Under the pieces are notes generated by a model, which saw only the letters and a list, made by a program, of their open reading frames with translations, had not been told where the DNA came from and searched no databases. Of a stretch of 32,000 nt of DNA, positions 30,369-32,000 are shown piece by piece (position 1 is the first letter of the stretch; every line of letters begins with the position of its first letter). Both the position numbers and the translations under genes were made by a program. The stretch is from Wigglesworthia glossinidia endosymbiont of Glossina morsitans morsitans (Yale colony) (lineage in GTDB: Bacteria > Pseudomonadota > Gammaproteobacteria > Enterobacterales > Enterobacteriaceae), in assembly GCF_000247565.1 (NCBI RefSeq), contig NC_016893.1:30001-62000 (forward strand), given 5' to 3'.

Positions 30369-31631
30369 TTAAGCATACATATCTATTCTTGTATGATCTT
30401 GATTAAAGATATACTGTATTTTATTTTTATAGATATTATCGTTTTCAATTTTATTCAAATTTAGCTGTTCTTTTTTATTTTTTTTTCTATCTTTATTAAA
30501 TTCATTATTTTTTTCATTTAATCTATATTGATTTTGATTTTCTATGTTATTAAAAATGTTATCTGACTTGTAATGTAAAAAATCTTTTATAAAATGATTA
30601 CTAATCATTGCACTATCTAATAATATACCGTTATCTAATAAAGATTTACGTAATTCTTCTAAAGAACTTTTTAAAACCCCTCTTACTTCTGAATGTTCAG
30701 AAAATACATGTAATTTTAATTTACTTTTGTAAGATTTTAAAATAACGTTAATAGATCCCAGATTTTTCGGATGTATTTTAAATTCTAAGTGAAATACGCC
30801 ATCTTTTTTAAAAAATGCAATTTTTTCTTTTACTAAATTCATCCAAGATTTTAAATCATCAAAATTTTTTATATATAATGTTTGAACAAAATTTTTCGAT
30901 TCTGTAATGGAAGAAAATTCATTGGTATTCATATAATAAATATCTTGTAAATCAGATAAATTGTTAAATTTTTGATTTATATTTTTCTGTCGATTATCCT
31001 GATTAAAGTTTTCAAAAATCAATTCCAAATTTTTTTTAATTTCTATATTTTGATATGATTTTTCTATATTTTCATTTTTTAAATTAGAAATACATTTCTC
31101 AAATATGTTTTTATTTACTAAAAAAATTTTTTTGTTCTGTTTTAATTGAATATAATCATTTTGATCAATAGATAAAAAACAGCTTTTTGGTGATTGGTTT
31201 GCTGAGTTCAAATGATCTAAATCAAAATCTTTCGAAAAAATCAAATTTTGATTATTGTTGAAAATATAATTTTCTGAAAAATAATTTTCTAATATATCTT
31301 TTTTTATTTTTTTATTAAAATTTTTGTTTAACGTATTATCAATTTTAGAATTAAACAAGTTTTGAATGTCATTTTTAGACATACTAAAATTATATAATGT
31401 ATTATTTTCCTCGTTAAAATTTGATTTCTCAGTTTTTAAAATTTCTGAATCATTAAAATATTTTTGAACATTTTTTTCATCAAAAATTGAAGTATTAAAT
31501 TGATTAAAAAATGATTTTTCAAAAATATTTTTTAATATCTTTTTGAATTCTAATTTGTCTGTTATTTCTGGAATAACATTAATTACGTCTTGTATATTAT
31601 GTAGAATATTATCTTCATTCAAACATATCAA
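30369..31631 (-). CDS. fliK: Flagellar hook-length control protein FliK (TTG start)
   Basis: 420 aa; low-complexity N-terminus and conserved C-terminal LEFKIHPKNLGSINVILKSYKSKLKLHVFSEHSEVRGVLKSSLEELRKSLLDNGILL; AAGGAG upstream of TTG 31631. Confidence 0.9.
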   Translation of the reverse strand: MICLNEDNILHNIQDVINVIPEITDKLEFKKILKNIFEKSFFNQFNTSIFDEKNVQKYFNDSEILKTEKSNFNEENNTLYNFSMSKNDIQNLFNSKIDNTLNKNFNKKIKKDILENYFSENYIFNNNQNLIFSKDFDLDHLNSANQSPKSCFLSIDQNDYIQLKQNKKIFLVNKNIFEKCISNLKNENIEKSYQNIEIKKNLELIFENFNQDNRQKNINQKFNNLSDLQDIYYMNTNEFSSITESKNFVQTLYIKNFDDLKSWMNLVKEKIAFFKKDGVFHLEFKIHPKNLGSINVILKSYKSKLKLHVFSEHSEVRGVLKSSLEELRKSLLDNGILLDSAMISNHFIKDFLHYKSDNIFNNIENQNQYRLNEKNNEFNKDRKKNKKEQLNLNKIENDNIYKNKIQYIFNQDHTRIDMYA

Positions 31632-32000
31632 AATATTATACTCCTTTGGTATATTTTCTTAAATATAATTCGTCTATTTGCTTTTGTAAATTTTTATCTT
31701 GGAGAACTTTATGTGTTAAAATGCAACGTTTTTTTAAAATTGTGAACGCGTTTAGTTTATTTTTTTTTTTTTCCAATAATTTTTTGCTTTATTAAGTTGT
31801 AATTTATAATTATTTACTTCTTTATTATAATCAAAAATTAAATTATTTAAACATATAAGAAAAACTTGATAATTATGCCAAACATTTATTTCCAAACCGT
31901 ACTTTATCATATTTTCTTGTAAACTAAGTCGATATTCTTTTTCATATAAAATAAGCATATTTAATTTTTTAACTGATTCTTGATATAAATTGCAAGCTTG
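31628..32000 (-). CDS. fliJ: Flagellar export chaperone FliJ, partial at right edge and frameshifted at a poly(A) tract
   Basis: Frame 1 from the edge: QACNLYQESVKKLNMLILYEKEYRLSLQENMIKYGLEINVWHNYQVFLICLNNLIFDYNKEVNNYKLQLNKAKNYWKKKKIN-stop (stop at 31752). The next frame continues NKLNAFTILKKRCILTHKVLQDKNLQKQIDELYLRKIYQRSIIF-stop (31628), matching the FliJ C-terminus. Confidence 0.85.
31760..31772 (-). repeat. 13-nt homopolymer (A on the coding strand) inside fliJ at the frame break
   Basis: Plus strand reads aT(13)cc at 31760-31772; longest homopolymer I noticed in the window. Confidence 0.95.

Noticed and set aside
1-32000. CRISPR arrays, tRNA/rRNA genes, insertion sequences or phage genes
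   Set aside because: Looked for direct-repeat arrays, tRNA TPsiC-like strings and transposase or phage motifs by eye and saw none; a tool scan (tRNAscan-SE, Infernal, CRISPR finder) was not possible.

Overview
This is an AT-rich window that reads as a reduced genome of an obligate gammaproteobacterial (Enterobacterales) insect endosymbiont. It resembles Wigglesworthia (tsetse symbiont); that taxon call is inference from AT-richness, retained motility genes and PabA, and was not searched. The left end is core metabolism and translation: carB (partial), carA and dapB on the minus strand; an AI-2E/YdiK-type permease, pabA, rpsL-rpsG-fusA on the plus strand. From about 9.1 kb to the right edge is a compact flagellar island of 28 recognisable genes: flhDC, motAB, flhBA, flgN and flgA (minus), flgBCDEFGHIJKL, then convergent fliRQPONMLKJ (minus). 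No new system is evident; the interest is in how a full flagellar regulon has been pared down. Main observations: (1) fliJ is broken at a 13-nt poly(A) tract, and adding one A restores a FliJ-like C-terminus that ends exactly at the fliK start. (2) flgM is absent between flgA and flgN, yet sigma-28-like promoters can be seen before motA (inside flhC), before flgK and, more weakly, before flgN. (3) A FlhD4C2-like inverted-repeat box lies between flgA and flgB. (4) All chemotaxis genes are gone between motB and flhB, and FliM lacks the CheY-binding EIDALL motif. (5) FlhB has NPIH instead of NPTH. (6) FlgJ is reduced to its rod-cap domain. (7) There is no tuf after fusA, and two roughly 0.8-kb extremely AT-rich non-coding stretches remain. 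Comparisons to E. coli proteins are from memory, not database searches.
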